Source of the DNA: a virus
Taxonomy: Duplodnaviria > Heunggongvirae > Uroviricota > Caudoviricetes
IMG/VR virus record: IMGVR_UViG_3300006143_000275
DNA length: 64,000 nt
Strand: one strand, 5' to 3'
The position numbers and the translations under genes are program-made. Each line of letters starts with the position of its first letter. The stretch's first letter is position 1. Under the pieces are notes generated by a model. The model did not search any database. It saw nothing but the letters and a program-made list of their open reading frames with translations, and was not told the origin of the DNA. Below, piece after piece: positions 36,979-47,397 of the stretch.

Positions 36979-37154
36979 CTGGGAACTATGTAATCATTTA
37001 TCAGCTTGTCGAAACAGTCGCAGCACAGATCAAGATCAATATAGCTGCCGTCGAACCCGCTTCCATAACCGACATAGCGGTGAAGACTGAAATCCTCCTG
37101 TGTATCAAACTCATCGAAATCTTTACCGCACATATTACAAACTCGCTTTAACAT
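36939..37154 (-). CDS. Small Zn-finger-like hypothetical protein
   Basis: CNMCGK...DLCCDC. Confidence 0.6.
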   Translation of the reverse strand: MLKRVCNMCGKDFDEFDTQEDFSLHRYVGYGSGFDGSYIDLDLCCDCFDKLINDYIVPRCKISPVEDGGLL

Positions 37155-37177
37155 CTGCTTTCACCCCTTTCATAGCG

Positions 37178-38830
37178 CTATGCCGCAATCGTACTCCGCC
37201 ACTCTTTCATGCTATGGCATATTTCTTCCCTCGCATATTCAGGGATATTTGCCGCCGCAATCAGACCAGCGAGGTCAGGACACACGGCGTTTCCGCACTT
37301 TTCCATTTGCTCAGACGATGTCATCTTCTTACCGTCCGCATCCACATCGAACACGTAATCCGGCGCAAAACCCATTGCCCTGTACGCTTCCTTCGCCTTC
37401 AGCATCCGCAGACCAATATCCACAATGTAATACCAGTCTCCGTTAATGTACTTGAGCAGGACTTCATCATCCTTCATGCTGTAACCAGCCCATCTGTTTA
37501 GCATTTCTCTGACTTTTGTCCAGTTACCCATATTGACACCGTCGGAATACCTTACTGCCTTTGTCTTGATGACGGCAAACTCACCGGCAGTAGTCGTAAT
37601 TGTTTGAAGCGGATCTGACGGATGCTGACCGATATTGTCCCCTTTGAACTTACAGATATGAGCAAGCACAAGCCCCTCGCGGTCATGCGCCGTAACAGTA
37701 TGCAGCGGCTCTTCAATATCCTGACCGTGTTCGTCATTCCCGTAATATTTCGTCAGAATAGGGGCAACAACGCCATAGCGATTGGATGCGTCCAGCGTCA
37801 TGATTGGTTCGTCCACCGCCTGACCGCGTACATTCTCAGACTGCTCTGTGTGGTACTGAGCAAGATACGGCGCAATAGCCTGTGGAGCCGTGACGACATA
37901 AGGATCATCTGCTTTCAAAACGAACTTATCCAAACCTCTGGCGATCCTTCTCATAGTATTATCTCTGAGCGGACGAACAGCGCGGATAGAATACTTCGCC
38001 TTGATGGCTTCTTTTGTATCAAAGATACTTGGCGCCGGCAGAGAAAAATCGAGAACCTCAGCCGCAGGAGCCCACGGTAGAAGTTCTCCATTCAAAACCG
38101 CTTCTGAATTTCGTCTGGCGTGAGTCTGCTTTGGCCACACAATCGGTTTGCCATCACACCGGAATACACCAAAGAATCGTGTCCTCGTTGTATGTACGCC
38201 ATAGTCAGCAGCACACAATTCCTTCCAGTCCATCTCATACCCAAGACCGGCGATGAGCTTCGTTGCATCCTCGCCTGACGGATCGATGTGAAGGAACTCA
38301 CAACACTCCAAGAGTGCCGGATGGTCTGGCTCAATACCAGTGGTCAGTATCTTCACGAATCCGTCAAAAGTTTCGCCAGAACGCTGTGGATCAGGATACT
38401 TCTTTCCATCGCGTTCGATAAGCGGTCCCCATGTTCTGATCTCTGGTACGTTCTCCATAGCCATAACACGCGGCCTGACGCTGAGAGCCCATTTGACCAT
38501 AACCCAAGACAGACCTCGGATTTCCTTCTTAACCGGAGTCGATCCACGAGCCCGTGAGAAATGGGTACAGTCTGGAGAGAACCACGCAAAGCCCATCGGG
38601 TATCCACCACAAAACTTTTTCGGGTCTACCGCGAACACATCTTCCTTATAGTGTTCGGTGAACGGATGATTGGTCTGGTGCATCCTGATGGCGGCAAGGT
38701 CATGATTGACCGCGCCAACAACCGGAATGTTTGTATATCTCACGATGCCGTCCGTACTGCCGCCGCCGCCACAGAAAAATACACCTGCTACCTCATTTGT
38801 CTCAATTTTTGCTTTGTATATGGTTTCCAC
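37178..38830 (-). CDS. C5 cytosine DNA methyltransferase
   Basis: Motif I FFCGGGG, motif IV SPDC, motif VI ENV, motif VIII TTRTRFF, motif X GNAVCP. Confidence 0.92.
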   Translation of the reverse strand: METIYKAKIETNEVAGVFFCGGGGSTDGIVRYTNIPVVGAVNHDLAAIRMHQTNHPFTEHYKEDVFAVDPKKFCGGYPMGFAWFSPDCTHFSRARGSTPVKKEIRGLSWVMVKWALSVRPRVMAMENVPEIRTWGPLIERDGKKYPDPQRSGETFDGFVKILTTGIEPDHPALLECCEFLHIDPSGEDATKLIAGLGYEMDWKELCAADYGVHTTRTRFFGVFRCDGKPIVWPKQTHARRNSEAVLNGELLPWAPAAEVLDFSLPAPSIFDTKEAIKAKYSIRAVRPLRDNTMRRIARGLDKFVLKADDPYVVTAPQAIAPYLAQYHTEQSENVRGQAVDEPIMTLDASNRYGVVAPILTKYYGNDEHGQDIEEPLHTVTAHDREGLVLAHICKFKGDNIGQHPSDPLQTITTTAGEFAVIKTKAVRYSDGVNMGNWTKVREMLNRWAGYSMKDDEVLLKYINGDWYYIVDIGLRMLKAKEAYRAMGFAPDYVFDVDADGKKMTSSEQMEKCGNAVCPDLAGLIAAANIPEYAREEICHSMKEWRSTIAA

Positions 38831-38854
38831 CTCTTTCTAAAATGCAAATTGGAC

Positions 38855-39043
38855 TCATAACCAGCAGAGCAACCAGTGCCAAGTTGCACGCAAAGTTCGC
38901 TTCCAATGTTCCCCTGTCCATTCAAATCCATTTACATACACATTCCCGTTGTGCTGTGAAATACAGATGCAATCAGATGGTTTTGGGGGTTCAACGGCCA
39001 TTCCATCAATAAAGATTTTATCGTTGTGTGTTATTACTCGCAT
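38855..39043 (-). CDS. Small hypothetical protein
   Basis: 62-aa ORF overlapping the upstream gene stop. Confidence 0.5.
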   Translation of the reverse strand: MRVITHNDKIFIDGMAVEPPKPSDCICISQHNGNVYVNGFEWTGEHWKRTLRATWHWLLCWL

Positions 39044-39390
39044 AGATATTCTCGCCTAAAATCGTCGAGAGAAAGTGCCGTTTTTGCTCTGTCGATAAGG
39101 TGCTGATCGATCAATCCATATTCCAGAGCATCGCTGTATGGGAACACAATATCCGGAGTTTTGTTGTAGTCATTTTTGTCGCAAAGACTTGAAACGTATT
39201 GCCCAAATGCCTTTGCCACATAAGTGCGTCCGACACAACGAGCGGAACGAACTTCTTTTCCCTCACAAAATGCTTTAAGCATTTGTTTTTGATACGGGAA
39301 AAGACTCACTCTTAATTTTTCTTCCACAAATCGCAAACAATCCTTGTAGTTATATTCCATATCAAACCTCCAGTGTGAATAAAAGGCCAA
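39034..39390 (-). CDS. Hypothetical protein (resembles terminase/helicase N-terminal fragment)
   Basis: LFPYQKQML...RSARCVGRT (Q-motif plus degenerate Walker A). Confidence 0.5.
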   Translation of the reverse strand: MAFYSHWRFDMEYNYKDCLRFVEEKLRVSLFPYQKQMLKAFCEGKEVRSARCVGRTYVAKAFGQYVSSLCDKNDYNKTPDIVFPYSDALEYGLIDQHLIDRAKTALSLDDFRREYLCE

Positions 39391-39392
39391 TT

Positions 39393-40130
39393 TTATACTT
39401 CTCTTGATAGCATCAGCTCTATATCATGGAGTGTCTTATCTGAAAATGTATTCCATTTATTAAATGCAACATTTTCATTCTCAAGATTGATATACTGTTC
39501 CCATGCTTCCGGGTATCTGTCTCGTATATCTCTGTGTTCCGCCAACTTAGCGTTCGGGCAGAACCAACACCCGCCTCTTCGGGACAATTCATACGTTGGA
39601 CTTAACAACCCGTAATCTTTACATAATTGCATAGCGTCAGCTTCTGTAAGTCCATACTTCTCCAACAAAGAAATATTTCTTGACTTATGGAGGCTGACAA
39701 GACGTTTTGGCTCATCGATTGCAATTCCAACATACTGGACGCACTCTTCCCCAATAGCTTTGTAGTACGATTTTATTGCCCTTAGTTTACATTCCCGTTT
39801 TATAGAGCAAAGCCCATTTACAGGGAATCCATATTTCAATCCTTTGTGTTCGAGATGTTTTGTGGGTCTTTCAATCACTCTATTAAACACAGATAAAAAA
39901 TCTCGATCAGAATGAACAATATCGACCCTATATCCCCATGATTCAAACAGAGGGATTGCTTTATTTTTGATGAAATCAATATGTTGTGGATTTTCTCCAC
40001 TGATTCCATTTGATATATCAAACATTACCTCTGCAAACAGGATGCTATCAACTGGTTCATTATGTATGTGTGCCAAGATAATGCTTGCTGTGCTGTCTTT
40101 TCCACCAGACCAACCGACTGAATAGTGCAT
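39393..40130 (-). CDS. PAPS reductase family (PP-loop, DndC/CysH-like) protein 1
   Basis: WSGGKDS PP-loop, YVGIAIDEPKR, RGGCWFCP. Confidence 0.85.
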   Translation of the reverse strand: MHYSVGWSGGKDSTASIILAHIHNEPVDSILFAEVMFDISNGISGENPQHIDFIKNKAIPLFESWGYRVDIVHSDRDFLSVFNRVIERPTKHLEHKGLKYGFPVNGLCSIKRECKLRAIKSYYKAIGEECVQYVGIAIDEPKRLVSLHKSRNISLLEKYGLTEADAMQLCKDYGLLSPTYELSRRGGCWFCPNAKLAEHRDIRDRYPEAWEQYINLENENVAFNKWNTFSDKTLHDIELMLSREV

Positions 40131-40240
40131 GAAGGTATGTGTTTAACAACATACCCGACACCTCTTGACTACCGTTAGATTGATTTACAATCCGCAAAGG
40201 CTTCAGTGTAATTTGCTCGCCGCTCGCCATCGCAAAACAG

Positions 40241-40468
40241 TTAGGTTGCTAAAAGCTCCCTTCTTTGCACTTTTGCTGTCTGGAGCATACGTCTCCAAAA
40301 GCTAATTTCGCTCTTATCAGTCCGGTAGATAGCATTGTCAAGCATTGCCATACATTCCGCAATGCTTTGATCGATATCGCTGAGTGTTGGTTCACACTCA
40401 GCACAGCAAGAATCTCCCATGAATGCGAAGTATTCAACTTGGGAGTCTTGCATGGTCATTATTACCAC
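40241..40468 (-). CDS. Hypothetical protein
   Basis: 75-aa ORF in operon. Confidence 0.4.
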   Translation of the reverse strand: MVIMTMQDSQVEYFAFMGDSCCAECEPTLSDIDQSIAECMAMLDNAIYRTDKSEISFWRRMLQTAKVQRRELLAT

Positions 40469-40898
40469 TCCTCACTTGAATTTCTGTTGTTCCCCACTTG
40501 CTTGTCACCAGGGAGAGAGTAATACGATTCACATCTTCTCGTTCACTATCATCCGCTTTCTCCATGATAATCCGTTCGCGGACAACACTCTCTACAAGCG
40601 TTGCAATACTGCGGCCAAATTCAGCGCCAAGGATTTCCATGAATAGTTCTAACCTCTCGTAGTCTGATTTTGTCTCCAGAGTCATCATGGTCGTCATGCG
40701 CTTCTCGAAACTCTTGTAGTAAGTATTCTTGAAACGACGGTATGTATAGAAATCGATCTCTACGCTTTCGAGGCTTGTCCATCGTCCTGAACCGCCTTTG
40801 CGATAGCGAATATCGAGTACGGGAAACAGGTTCGACTTTTTGCATAGAAACCCTCCGTGATGCGTTGTTCTGATCCTATATTGAATGCTGTACCACAT
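40434..40898 (-). CDS. Hypothetical protein
   Basis: 154-aa ORF following the dnaE stop, SD GGAGGG. Confidence 0.45.
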   Translation of the reverse strand: MWYSIQYRIRTTHHGGFLCKKSNLFPVLDIRYRKGGSGRWTSLESVEIDFYTYRRFKNTYYKSFEKRMTTMMTLETKSDYERLELFMEILGAEFGRSIATLVESVVRERIIMEKADDSEREDVNRITLSLVTSKWGTTEIQVRSGNNDHARLPS

Positions 40899-40910
40899 AT
40901 GCCCTCCTAT

Positions 40911-41860
40911 CTAAAACAAAAGATGCTCATAATCGAGCATCCTGAAGTAGATCTTATCGCGCTCCCACCGCTTACAGATAACGATGTCGCCCTCTTTAAT
41001 GGGGTCTTGGTCGAACCTGCGCTTGAACACTGTCATACGGCTTTCTATACCGCTCCCAATGGACTGCGTTAGAACACTGTAGCCGAAAATCTCGTTGTCC
41101 CTTTTGCGGCGAACAGGATAAACGCCGGTGATAAACAGCTTATTGCGGTCAGCTTCATTCCCAGACGTATAACCAGCATACCCCATGATATCATTGAAGT
41201 TTTTCGCTTTCATAAAGACCGACAAGTCGTTCACATGAGAACCCTTGATGTAGAACTCAATATCGTGCAGGATTTCTTCCATATCAACGATAGTATAGCT
41301 CTTTGCGTCATCGCCGCTTTTAGTTTTCCCATTCGAACTTTTACTGACAATTTTTTTGAGCCATGTACCATCAATCACATCTTTGCGGATTTTCTTTGCG
41401 GAGCCCTTCTTGAACAACTCAAACATCTCAACGATCTTGAACAACTCGCGTTGGTTCCCAAAATCAACAAAATAGTCGATCTTGATTAGGATATCCATTT
41501 GTCTGGAGTCAAGCGATGTGTGTTCAGATATGTCTCTGAGCAGATCGATAAAAAACGTATACTGGTGAGTTTTGGATAGCTCGTATAGTTCATCGGCCGC
41601 AGCCTTACTCATATACTTGACGCTGCTGACTCCCTTTGAGATAATGTTTTCTTCTTTATCAAAGAAATAATCCGCTTTAGAAAACCCATACTTAGGCTGA
41701 ACAATACGGATGCCACGCTGTCTTGCCAACGCTGTCCCGTTTTGAATGTCATCTTCGTTTGCCGCATTGTTGAGAAACGAAGTGATGAATTCGATTGGAT
41801 TGTAGTACCTATAGTAGGCGCACAGGTAACCGAGCAGACAATATGCAACTGAATGATTAT
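40911..41860 (-). CDS. dnaE: DNA polymerase III alpha subunit, exon 2
   Basis: Joining to exon 1 restores SYMFG-Y-NHSVAYCLLGYLCAYYRYYNP. Spliced CDS is 3216 nt (1071 aa). Confidence 0.9.
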
Positions 41861-42760
41861 CGTTTATTCGAATGTTTCCATTCGGACAGACTATATCTTC
41901 GGCCTGAGCCGTTCTTGCGCTTCCAGCAGAGACTCATCTTCTGCCGTACTCCCTTTTGGGATAGTCGTTACACCCTCCAATATGCTTCCCACGCAAACCC
42001 ACCAGCGGAGAAGATGCGAAGATTGATGCACTGCAAAATCAGTCTCGCACTGATTCCAGTGATTCGCTCCGCTTCTGCGGCAGATTCATAAACCTCAATG
42101 ATATCCCCGTCTTCTGTCATCTGAATGACCGGTATACCCCTTGGCTTGCGCAGATTGTTGTATAGAGCGTGGATGTTGTTATAGCTATATGTCGTCCACT
42201 CCAAATTGCTCACGGCATTATTAGTCTTATCACCGTCGATGTGATTGACCATCGGATATCCGTGTGGATTCGGAATAAACGCGGTTGCAACCAGAATATG
42301 TATGAAGGCCACATACGAAGTGCCGTCGCGCCGCAGGTTGACGACCATATATCCATTGCCGTCCTTTCCTTTGGTGCGCGTCAGTTTCATGTCTCTCCCC
42401 CGATATCTCCGAGACCATCCATTTTTGTCGTAGATGATACGATCAACACTTCTAACGCACCCTGCGTCGCTGACTTCATAATAACCTTCATATCCTTGGA
42501 TCGCTTTCCAGAGCATTACAGCACCCCTCTCAATGGCTTGGCACGGTATCGCCTGCTACCCGTTCGACGGGCCGTAGGTTCTCTTAGTCAGAGGCTTCGT
42601 CCCCATATATACGCACAGGTTTGTATGTCACCTAATATGGAATTGGCCTATATCTCCTTGTAAGGCTTCATAGACCGGTCTTATTCATCTGATACCGTTA
42701 GCGCGGCTTACGCCGCACACCCCTGAGTCATAGGGTTCACAAGAAATGAGCTAATCAATA
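41861..42760 (-). mobile_element. Group I self-splicing intron (900 nt) interrupting dnaE
   Basis: On the minus strand: 5' splice after U with P1 U-G pair (UGGGU|UA..UAGCUCA), P10 pairing UGAUUA/UAAUCA, R element AACGACUA, S element GAAGAUAUAGUCU, P9 CGAAUG-GAAA-CAUUCG, terminal G at 41861. Confidence 0.93.
41968..42516 (-). CDS. Intron-encoded NUMOD4-HNH-NUMOD1 homing endonuclease
   Basis: WKAIQGYEGYYEVSDAG (NUMOD4), IHILVATAFIPN...VNHIDGDKTNNAVSNLEW (HNH), YESAAEAERITGI (NUMOD1). Confidence 0.92.
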   Translation of the reverse strand: MLWKAIQGYEGYYEVSDAGCVRSVDRIIYDKNGWSRRYRGRDMKLTRTKGKDGNGYMVVNLRRDGTSYVAFIHILVATAFIPNPHGYPMVNHIDGDKTNNAVSNLEWTTYSYNNIHALYNNLRKPRGIPVIQMTEDGDIIEVYESAAEAERITGISARLILQCINLRIFSAGGFAWEAYWRV

Positions 42761-45026
42761 ACCCAAACATATAGGACGATGCGTCCTGGATAATTTGCAA
42801 AAATTGTTTTGCTTCCTGTTCAGCCGTTTCACGTGGCTTGGTTGACTTTTCACAGTATCCGTTCAGGATCACAGGCATCCATTCATCCAGCAGTTCCATC
42901 TTCTTTTTGGCGATGCCGCGCCGGACAGAGTCCGCCTGGCTCCCGCTTAGTCCACATATCCTTTGCAGGAATTGGATGATATCCTCCTGATACACCAGAT
43001 ACCCAAGGTTGTCTTTCAGCAGATCGTCAATCAACTCAGATGGATTACTGTGCGGCTTCCTTGCCAGCAATTCATTGCGATATGATGCGCCAGATGGTCG
43101 GATGCAGGCTGTTACCAGAGACATGTCAAAAATGCTGTGCGGAACAAACTTTTTCAAGCTGTCGAACGCGAACGCGCTTTCAAACTGGAACAAACCGGCT
43201 GGGCTTTTTATCATATCGGCCCATACGGCCTCATCGTTCCAGTTGATTTCACTTGTCTTTGGGTACGGGCGTCCCATGTAGCTGCAAGCATCCCGGATGA
43301 CCTGTACGGTCTTTAAGACTAGGAAGTCATACTTGGCTAAACCGGCTTCATGTGCTTCGTCCATATCCAGCATCAGACAGTTTTCCCCATCTTTTTCAAA
43401 TACACCATAGTTGTCAACGAGCGTGATGGGGCTGATGACCATTCCGGCGGGATGGACGGACTGCGAAACCTTTACGCCGAACATGCCCTTGACATAATAG
43501 AACAACTCAGGATACTTCTTTGTTGTTGCGACACTGACAACCTCGTCCAGATGTTTCTTATAGAGGTCATCCTCTGTCATGTCATATTTCTCCATGAGCT
43601 CCTGCACATCTGCGCCGAATTCCTTTTTAATCTGGCTAATTTTCTCCAGCGACCAAGGATTATCAACGAGTTCGCCATGTTCCTTGACCCATTGGAAGGA
43701 CAGATGCCGTCCAACGTCATCTATGACGCCCTTTCCTTTGATTGTGCCGAAAGAAGCAACGCGAGCGGTCTTATCCGTTCCAAACCTGCCAGTGATATAC
43801 TCAAAGATTGCTGGCCGGTCTGACTTGACCACGTCAATGTCGATATCTCCAATCTCTACGCGATCCACGTTCGCAAACCGAGAGAATGCTGTGCGCCATG
43901 TCTCTGGGTTCAGGTCGATGATGTCGGTGACATAAGCCACCCTCGAACCGCCGACAGAACCACGAGCTGTACCGATTGCCATATTGTGCTCCTTACACCA
44001 GCAAATCAGTTCTGACATGGAACCCATAAAGCCCATCATACCTATCTTGTGGAACACATCCATCTCTTCGTCGATGGCGCTTCTGAACACATCCGCCTGT
44101 TCTGGCGGGATGGTTCCGTTAGATACCTTTTCTGCGAACATCCGCTCAACACGTTCCGCAAACTTCCGCTCATCCTCTTCCTGAGAACCATACAGAATGG
44201 GATATTTGATGGATGTGTCGAGCTTGAAATCCTCAACCATACTGTCAAGCAGATTTGTGTTTGCGATTGCCTCCAGATACACATCCTCGCTCAGAGCCCC
44301 TTGTTTGGCAAACATCTCAACCAGTTCGTCATAAGTCTTGTGGGTGAGATCGAAGTTATCCTCGTCGCCATATGTCTTACGCTTGGCGCCAAGCAAAATC
44401 CTCCGACACTCAGCTTTATATGGAGATGAACTATGTGTATCTGTTCCTGCGATCAGCGGAGTCCCAATTTCTTTGGAGAGAGCCAGAAGCCTTTTGTTGA
44501 AGGCGACTTGATCCGGATGGTCGTGCGCCTGAACCTCAAGAAAATCGTACTTGCGGGCGAGTTCCATATACTTTGGATGGGTAGATGGCAGCCTGTTCAG
44601 AGGAGATGCAAGACATGCGCTTGTTGATATGATGTTTCCCGAAATACCAAGAAACTCGTCAAAGGTAATGCGGTTGGTGTAGTAGAAGTGGTATTGGTCG
44701 CATGATTTGCAGACCAGAGCATTCAACTCTTTTACACCTTCCCAGTTCCTGGCAAGCAGCACTGTGTGGTAGTTGTCGCGGATACGCTCCCCGTTTGGAC
44801 TCACCAGATGCTCTGTAAGGTAGATTTCGACTCCGTGTATAAACTTGATGCCGTTCTTGTCACAGTAGAGCTTCTTGGAGACCCATCCAAGAGGTTTCCC
44901 ATGTTCCGTACTCGCTATTGCTGTTTGGCCGTTTTTGACTGCGAGATCAACATATTCCTGGAACTTTGTGCAGCTATCCAGTAAACTGTAATCCGAGTGC
45001 ATATGATACGGGATGTAGTTGTTCAT
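42761..45026 (-). CDS. dnaE: DNA polymerase III alpha subunit, exon 1
   Basis: PHP domain HMHSDYSLLDS, ARGSVGGS, DIDID catalytic motif, HPAG, KYDFLVL, LVYQE. Confidence 0.93.
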
Positions 45027-46033
45027 CGCAACCGCCCCCTTTCTTGGTAAAGCGACCGGAACACGTCTTCCCCCTTGTCTGTTGGGCTATCCTTTGGGTC
45101 AAGCGCATTGTCTCTGTTTCTGATCCAATACACCTGTGTGTACTGCCTAAGCTTCATGATGTTTGTATCTTCTCGGATATCAATCTCTGCGTCCAGCGCA
45201 AATGTGACCTTGACGCAAAGTTGGATCAGAATCTTGAACTGATATGGGTTGAGGTGCGATGTTAAAATCGCCCCAGTATTTTTGATTCCCCAACCATCAG
45301 CCATTATGACTGATTTTGCGCCCTCGAACAGAATAATCTCTCCGCATTTGCGAATTTCCTCGCTGTTATCTGACAGACCATAAATGGTGTCTAAAATTCC
45401 AATAGGCTGGAAATAGGTATACTTTCTAAGATTCTTCTCTTTGAAATGAGGGTCGAGCGTCCTGCCGCAGACACTGAAAATATTACCGCTTGCGTCTTTG
45501 ATGGGATAAACGAGACGGTCTGAGAACGGGTCGTATCGCACCTGAAATCTCTCCATGGATTCCATCGTGATACCTTCTCGCTCCCAGACCGCAAGTTTCT
45601 TTACATTCCACTCATAACGGTCCATATAGTCCTTGGGAAGTATGGAGGTCTTTGACGCCTTCTTTTTTTGCGGTTTGCTCTGGAACCGCTTTGCAATAGA
45701 TGTCGCTAAGAGTCGCTGCGGGGCTGTCGATGTGCCGCTTTCGGAAATTCCAGCGTAATCCTTCAGTATCCGCAGACCTTCCAAAAAATCGCAGTTGTTG
45801 TATGCGCGGATAAAGTCCAGGACATTCCCGCCTTTACCAGATGAGAAGTCGTAGAACCTCTGCATCTCCTGATTGATGGAAAATGACGGCGTGTTTTCAT
45901 CTTTCAATGGGCTGAGGCACCAATACTCTCCGTCTTCTTTCTCCTGCGGATCACAAAACTGAGATATGTATTCCAGAATATCTACGCTTTCGATGATTTC
46001 AGATACTTCCACGCCATCACCTCCATTCATCAA
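45023..46033 (-). CDS. DnaG-like DNA primase (CHC2-like N-terminus plus Toprim)
   Basis: ENTPSF...FYDFSSGKGG, LFEGAKSV, ALDAE. Confidence 0.85.
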   Translation of the reverse strand: MMNGGDGVEVSEIIESVDILEYISQFCDPQEKEDGEYWCLSPLKDENTPSFSINQEMQRFYDFSSGKGGNVLDFIRAYNNCDFLEGLRILKDYAGISESGTSTAPQRLLATSIAKRFQSKPQKKKASKTSILPKDYMDRYEWNVKKLAVWEREGITMESMERFQVRYDPFSDRLVYPIKDASGNIFSVCGRTLDPHFKEKNLRKYTYFQPIGILDTIYGLSDNSEEIRKCGEIILFEGAKSVIMADGWGIKNTGAILTSHLNPYQFKILIQLCVKVTFALDAEIDIREDTNIMKLRQYTQVYWIRNRDNALDPKDSPTDKGEDVFRSLYQERGRLR

Positions 46034-47397
46034 TACGGCATTTGCACAACGTGTTGCCGCGCTTCCTCATAGGAAATAAGATTGCCGCAGAAAGCCATGT
46101 CTATGTACTCGTCTGGCGCCATTTGTGGGCCGTTACGATTCAGAACTACTCTGAGTTTCTTATTGCCGCACTCAGGGCCGTCAGTCTCAATTTCTTCCGG
46201 CAGCTTGTCCTGTATGACTGCAATCGTAGAAGCATTGCGCCCGATCTTCGCGCTATCCGCTACCTTACCGGTCGATGTCGCTTGAGCTGCACCGATACCA
46301 GCGATGTTCATATCACCGCAGATTTGGTTCTTGACCATATCGACGAATCTTCCGAGTTCTTGGTAGCTGTCAAACGCATCGCCTTCGCCTTTCCCTTTGA
46401 AGTAATCCACAATTAGAACGTCAATGCCCTGTGTGTGATTAACCTTCTTAACGGTTGTAAAGATGCTCTGTGCATCGAACATCGGCATATAGAGATGGGT
46501 GAAACTTTTTGACTTCATCCACTCTTTGCAGGTAGCAATACGTGCTGCCTCCTCCGGCGAGTAGTTGCCGCTGCGAACCCTGTTGAACTCGATCTTTGCT
46601 AAGTGTGCCATCAGCCGGCAAGTAAAGAGCCGTGAGTTCAGCTCACTGTCAATATACATCACTCGCTTACCGCGTCTGAGCAAATCTACTGCACAGTTTA
46701 GGAGCATCATGCTCTTGCCCTGCTTGGCCTCTGCAGCGAAGATAACCAGCTCGCCAGGTTCAATCGTGACGTACTGGTTCAGGGTGGGGAACTTGAACGG
46801 AATACCAGACACACCGCTTCTCTGCCGCTGACATATCTGCTCCCATAGTTCGTCAACGACATCTTTATATTGCGGAACCTCTTTTGTCGTTGAAAACTGT
46901 ATCATCACATCATCAAGCGTTGCATATATTTTCTGTTCGATTTCTGTTTCTGACTGGTTCTGACAGATACTCTGACATTCGCATAGCTTCTGATAGGTTG
47001 CACGCCGGAACGCAGAACTGAGCACGGCATCTGCAACGAGTTTGTATCCCTCTGGTGTGTTTCTCGCAATCGAGGAGGCATTGCCTATGAACTCCTCAAC
47101 GCCGCGCTCTGTCAGGACTCTATCTGCCTTACCTTTCATCTTTTGATCCGAACGCAGGATACTCATAATGTTGTAGGCATCGATAGTCTTGACGTTTCGC
47201 TCCGCCAGCTTCTTAATCGCGTAGAAGATGTAGGAGTTCTGTTGGTTTGTGAAGTGCTGCGCCGTAAGCTGTTCTACAAGATAGATGTAGTCTGGATTGA
47301 AAACCAGAGATGCCACTACGCCGGCCTCACTGCTGATATCGCAAATCTCATTGATGTCCAATGCAATCACCTCCTGTTCATCTGGAAGTAACAGCAA
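46030..47397 (-). CDS. DnaB-like replicative helicase
   Basis: Walker A AAEAKQGKS, IVDY, AAQ, LNRNG. Confidence 0.88.
   Translation of the reverse strand: MLLLPDEQEVIALDINEICDISSEAGVVASLVFNPDYIYLVEQLTAQHFTNQQNSYIFYAIKKLAERNVKTIDAYNIMSILRSDQKMKGKADRVLTERGVEEFIGNASSIARNTPEGYKLVADAVLSSAFRRATYQKLCECQSICQNQSETEIEQKIYATLDDVMIQFSTTKEVPQYKDVVDELWEQICQRQRSGVSGIPFKFPTLNQYVTIEPGELVIFAAEAKQGKSMMLLNCAVDLLRRGKRVMYIDSELNSRLFTCRLMAHLAKIEFNRVRSGNYSPEEAARIATCKEWMKSKSFTHLYMPMFDAQSIFTTVKKVNHTQGIDVLIVDYFKGKGEGDAFDSYQELGRFVDMVKNQICGDMNIAGIGAAQATSTGKVADSAKIGRNASTIAVIQDKLPEEIETDGPECGNKKLRVVLNRNGPQMAPDEYIDMAFCGNLISYEEARQHVVQMPY

Noticed and set aside
40125-40165. Both PAPS-reductase-like genes have an SD-led upstream start in the -1 frame relative to the main ORF (also near 61711-61760), suggesting programmed +1 frameshifting
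   Set aside because: No shared slippery sequence, the leader peptides are unrelated, and the main ORFs begin at a normal domain start; probably coincidence or remnants of gene insertion.
42708-42760. ORF-track C-terminal extension LLISSFLVNPMTQGCAA of DnaE, and dnaE as a pseudogene or split intein
   Set aside because: The extension is read-through into intron P1/P2. Exact splicing restores the frame and no intein motifs are present.
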